IMG/VR virus record: IMGVR_UViG_3300009149_000024
Span: 7,775-71,774 of that record
Strand: one strand, 5' to 3'
DNA from: a virus
DNA length: 64,000 nt
In this document: positions 60,249 through 64,000 of the stretch, piece after piece
Layout: each line of letters opens with the position of its first letter
How positions within the stretch are numbered: the stretch's first letter is position 1
Position numbers and translations under genes: made by a program
The notes under the pieces: generated by a model
Seen by the model: the letters and a program-made list of their open reading frames with translations, nothing else
What the model was told of the DNA's origin: nothing
The model's database searches: none

Positions 60249-61271
60249 TTATTTTATGTATTTTAAATATTCTGGTTTTACTTGTACTTTAAATACATAC
60301 AAGTCTCTGTTACTAATGTGGATTTCTTTTCTTACTGTTGGTTCTAAATATTTAAAACTAACTGAATTAAGTTTTCCTTCTTTTTCTAACCATAGAATCA
60401 TATCATGTGCACTTTTTCTAGAGAATTTATTGAAGTTTGATTGTTGTAACCAATACTGCACATCTTTGTCTCTATTAAAATTGTACATGTGATGCTCTGC
60501 TTTTTGAGAAAACTCCCATAACAAATGATAGTTTTGTAAATAATCAATAGTAGGAATTACTTTAGCAGCTATAGCTCTATCTTCTGCATTATAAGATGAC
60601 ATATATTTTTGCAAATCTTGCAATAATGTTTCATCTAAAAGTTGTTTGTTAGCTGATTCATAGATAACAGTATCTGCATCAATTGTTCCAACTAAACCAC
60701 CATCAATTTTATGTGCAAGATTTACAGCCATACCTGTGATCATCCATTCATCATATAATGATTCACCAGTAGTACAATTATAATATCTTACTTTACCGGA
60801 TACATTACCATCATATATTACATCACCATGATAGTGATCTACTGCTAATAGTGAACCATTTGTATTCTCAAGAGTTTGATAGTTCCATAACTTAGCCATT
60901 AACACAGTTGACTTAATGTTTTCACCACTTTCAAATCTTTCATAGATATCATCATGAGTAATAACTAAATCACATAATTCATAATCATTTGTCACAGTTA
61001 TACCATGCTCTTTTAAAGCAGATTTAATTCTATCTAATGAAACATTACACTTAGGTAATACAAAAGCTTTCTTTTTAGTTTTAAAAGTTGTACTATCTTC
61101 AGTACTAGTTGTTAATATAGTTTGTATTTTTTTGAATGTTGTTTCATCTTGAGTGACTAATACTTCTTCTACCAGATTGGATGACAGCACCCCATAATAT
61201 GGGGCACTATCTAATCCAAAATGATTCAAAGCACCAGTATCATATGATTGATAAACTGATTTACTTGCCAT
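60249..61271 (-). CDS. hypothetical protein with BRCT-like segment
   Basis: KKAFVLPKCNVSLDRIKSALKEHGITVTNDYELCDLVIT. Confidence 0.55.
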   Translation of the reverse strand: MASKSVYQSYDTGALNHFGLDSAPYYGVLSSNLVEEVLVTQDETTFKKIQTILTTSTEDSTTFKTKKKAFVLPKCNVSLDRIKSALKEHGITVTNDYELCDLVITHDDIYERFESGENIKSTVLMAKLWNYQTLENTNGSLLAVDHYHGDVIYDGNVSGKVRYYNCTTGESLYDEWMITGMAVNLAHKIDGGLVGTIDADTVIYESANKQLLDETLLQDLQKYMSSYNAEDRAIAAKVIPTIDYLQNYHLLWEFSQKAEHHMYNFNRDKDVQYWLQQSNFNKFSRKSAHDMILWLEKEGKLNSVSFKYLEPTVRKEIHISNRDLYVFKVQVKPEYLKYIK

Positions 61272-61272
61272 T

Positions 61273-63617
61273 TTATTTCATTGTCATTTTGATAATGCTA
61301 GGGTCCATCATCATGCGGTTAAACTTCTGTTTGTTACCATTAAAGATTGTACGTACAATTAAATACTTAAGATCATTAGTAAAATAGTCTTTAGTACAAA
61401 GTGCAATTAATCTATCAGTAACTTTTTGGTTTACAGTGTTTTCTTTACTGTAAACAACTGAGTAGTTAGCTAACCTTGTTGCTAATGTAGCAGCAATGTC
61501 TGCGCGGTATGTATCATCTTTTCCAATACAACCTCTTAACTCACCTAAGATATATGATTCATTATCATGACCCAATAAATCTTTTGGTGTTACCAGTTTG
61601 TCCAGTTTGTTGTTAATAAATGTAGTAAACATAGAAGCAAAAGCATCTCCAACAGAACCTTCACCAATCATTTGAATTAATGATAAATTTGATTCAAAGT
61701 TCTCAAAGCTAGATATAGCATTAAAGAATGTTGTAATAGATCTTGCATTTGTTTCTAGTGTAACTAACTCTGGGTGTAACAACAAAAAGTTAATACATCT
61801 TGAATCAATACCTGCTTCTTCTGCCCACTGTGCCCATACATTAACATCAAACTTAAGGTTTGCTGTAACGTATCTGGTCTTTTGTGCAGCATCCACTGAG
61901 TTTACCATATATTCACCATTGTCTGGATTTGCTGTTAATATGATATGCCAATCTTTTGGTAATACCCAAGAGATATAGGTTTGTCTATCTATTAACTCCA
62001 TAACTGCTTGAATAAATCTTGTGTCCTAATTTGTTATGAATCAAGCATTTAACTTGATTTTTCTATAAGTTTCCCTATAGTCCAGACTATATCTTCACCT
62101 ATTAAGGTGTTCTGCGCTCTTGGTATTTTACCATCTACAACTTTACTTGTTTAGACTCCATATACTAGTCGTTGAACCTTCAACCTGTTTCCAGGATGCT
62201 TGGCTGCTGATTGCCCAATCTAAATAATTTTTAGCATTCACACTTATCTTTACAGATTATGTTGTAGCTTATTTAGCTTAAGGGTGTTCCAGCAATTCAC
62301 AGAATTACGTGCCCACACATGATTTATTCATATTTCCATACATAATTATATGCATGTTTTGTATTTCCTAAAGCTGCACTACTAATATTAGTACTTGCAT
62401 TTTCAGGTTTATTAAGTGCTCTCACAGCTTCAGCTACGGATTTATAAGTTTTAATAAACTCACCTGCTGTACTATATTGAGATACTTTTTTTGCCTTTGC
62501 TTTAGAGCTGTTGTTTTCATAGACCAGCTTGTCTACTATTTTATCATAAGACCATAGATAACCATAAGTTGATTTTCTTTTACCTAAACAACATTGAGAT
62601 ATTTTACTATTACATTTACCAAGAAATCTTTCAGCTTTAGCAGCTGATTCAAACTTTTGTATATACACACCTTTTAGTGTATACTGGCATACTGTTTTAG
62701 ATTTATAATCTGAATTTTGTTTAACTGGATCAAGTTCTATATTTAATTCTGGTTTCAGAACATCTATATAAAATTTTTCTCTTTGTAAAAGAATATCTTC
62801 ATTACAAATTTCAAGTACTTTAAAATGACATTGTTTAGGGCCATATTTATTAAAGCAATTAATCATTATAACGTTTTCATGTTTGTTTTTTTTCAAACGT
62901 GATTTATGTGTTGATAGTCTTTTACCAATATGGTTTGAACTACCTACGTAATATCTATTTCCTATTTGAATCATATAGATTCCAGACTGATTATATTTTT
63001 TATTTAAGCCTGTTGTTGTATATAAGTTTTCCATACTATAAATATACAACTTTTAGATGATTGGAACAAGTAATCCGTAAAAATTACTTTATTTTTTAAG
63101 CACGGTTCCAGTCATCTAGTAATAAAATACCACCATCTTTTTTATCAGCAATCCACTCCGGTGGGCAATAAGACATCCTGTTCTTACCTGTCATTTTATA
63201 TCCTGTTTTAAGATATTCTTGAACTGCAAGTTCATCAACCCATAAACCAACTTTTTTGGTTACTGGTGCTTGTATTTTAGCAAGGTCTGATGATGCAGCT
63301 GATCTTTGTGCTGCGGTATAGGATAAACCATCTATTTTTGGTTCTGAAACTCTTGTTTCTTTATACATTTGAAATTGACGTACTGGAAATCCTACTAAGT
63401 CACCCAACTCTTCTATCTGTGCAAGGTTAACCTTAACAAAGTTTAAGTTGTTTTCTTTAGCTAGCTCAACAATGGTAGATGTTTTACCAATTCCTGATTC
63501 TCCTAATACTTCTACTGATACAGATTGTTTACCTTGTGCTTGTAAAAATCTATTGTTTGTAATAATGTGATTTACAAACCCTTTTAATTCTGTTACATTT
63601 AAATTTACTTGTGCCAT
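61273..63617 (-). CDS. MoxR-like AAA+ ATPase, spliced (exon 1 63617-63099, exon 2 62025-61273; 423 aa)
   Basis: Walker A GESGIGKT, DLVGFP, Walker B ILLLDDWNRA|DTRFIQAVMELI, sensor ILTANP, DAAQKTR. Confidence 0.88.
62026..63098 (-). mobile_element. group I self-splicing intron (1073 nt)
   Basis: exon 1 ends in U, intron ends in G; P AATTGCTGGAA, Q AATCAGCAGCC, R GTTCAACGACTA, S AAGATATAGTC; IGS GGCACG pairs with exon CGTGCT; removal restores the frame. Confidence 0.93.
62324..63034 (-). CDS. intron-encoded GIY-YIG homing endonuclease with two NUMOD1-like domains
   Basis: SGIYMI...YYVGSS...RLSTH...REKFYI...LN; start reassigned to MENLY (63034). Confidence 0.88.
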   Translation of the reverse strand: MENLYTTTGLNKKYNQSGIYMIQIGNRYYVGSSNHIGKRLSTHKSRLKKNKHENVIMINCFNKYGPKQCHFKVLEICNEDILLQREKFYIDVLKPELNIELDPVKQNSDYKSKTVCQYTLKGVYIQKFESAAKAERFLGKCNSKISQCCLGKRKSTYGYLWSYDKIVDKLVYENNSSKAKAKKVSQYSTAGEFIKTYKSVAEAVRALNKPENASTNISSAALGNTKHAYNYVWKYE

Positions 63618-63633
63618 CTTTTTATTTATTTTT

Positions 63634-64000
63634 TTATAATTCTGCTGTGAATGAACAATCACCTTGTTCTTTTATACACTCTTCTATTTTTTTGCCAATT
63701 CTATAATCAAAGAACTCTAATAATTGTTCTTTGTTTAGGGGCTTTTTATCTGCTTTTTTTAAGTATTCCTCAAATGTAATTTGTACATCATCATTTGACC
63801 CATATAGATCATAATAGACTTTCAAGTATTTGCCCTCTTCACCCATTCCATCTTCTATATTTTTAAGTTCTGTTTCCAGGTCATCCAAATTAGTTTCATC
63901 ATAATAATACTCTAAGTAACCTGGTGTATGACCCGCAACTCCAAATCTATCTGCAGCAGCACTACTTTGAGAACCAAAGACAAACTTGCCTTCAATATCT
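63634..64000 (-). CDS. hypothetical protein, 5' truncated by window edge
   Basis: frame is open to the window end (DIEGKFVFGSQSSAAADRFG...FTAEL). Confidence 0.65.
   Translation of the reverse strand, partial: DIEGKFVFGSQSSAAADRFGVAGHTPGYLEYYYDETNLDDLETELKNIEDGMGEEGKYLKVYYDLYGSNDDVQITFEEYLKKADKKPLNKEQLLEFFDYRIGKKIEECIKEQGDCSFTAEL

Noticed and set aside
1-64000. Amber or opal stop-codon reassignment as in some crAss-like phages
   Set aside because: Very long ORFs are intact in the standard code, and reading through the TAG at 53314-53316 would not restore the kinase frame.
1-64000. CRISPR array, DGR or integrase/transposase
   Set aside because: No regularly spaced direct repeats, reverse transcriptase or recombinase motifs were seen.

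Overview
AT-rich segment of a crAss-like (Crassvirales-type) dsDNA phage, probably infecting a Bacteroidota/Flavobacteria host, read with the standard genetic code. 1-36.2 kb (+) holds ring and tail-stabilization genes, internal cargo proteins and three large ejected proteins, including a 4496-aa virion RNA polymerase (DFDID motif) fused to a zincin. 36.3-39.5 kb (-) holds class I RNR (nrdA/nrdB). 39.6-46.7 kb (+) holds a lysis-like cassette, small basic proteins and a tail fibre. 47-64 kb (-) is the replication and nucleotide-metabolism arm: ThyX, MazG-like protein, dNMP kinase, PolB, PD-(D/E)XK exonuclease and an AAA+ ATPase. The main discovery is two independent homing-endonuclease cassettes with no intron or intein (EndoVII-type in polB, GIY-YIG in dNMP kinase). 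Each sits within the first ~12 codons of its host gene at a catalytic motif, strands the original start as a mini-ORF and supplies a synonymously recoded replacement N-terminus. Also found: a group I intron with its endonuclease in loop L1 splitting the AAA+ ATPase, a possible 5-nt ribosomal stop-hop, a ~170-nt tRNA-like RNA with expanded arms, and a recurrent xxGG motif bounding modules of the cargo proteins. No database searches were run, so family calls rest on motifs and gene order.
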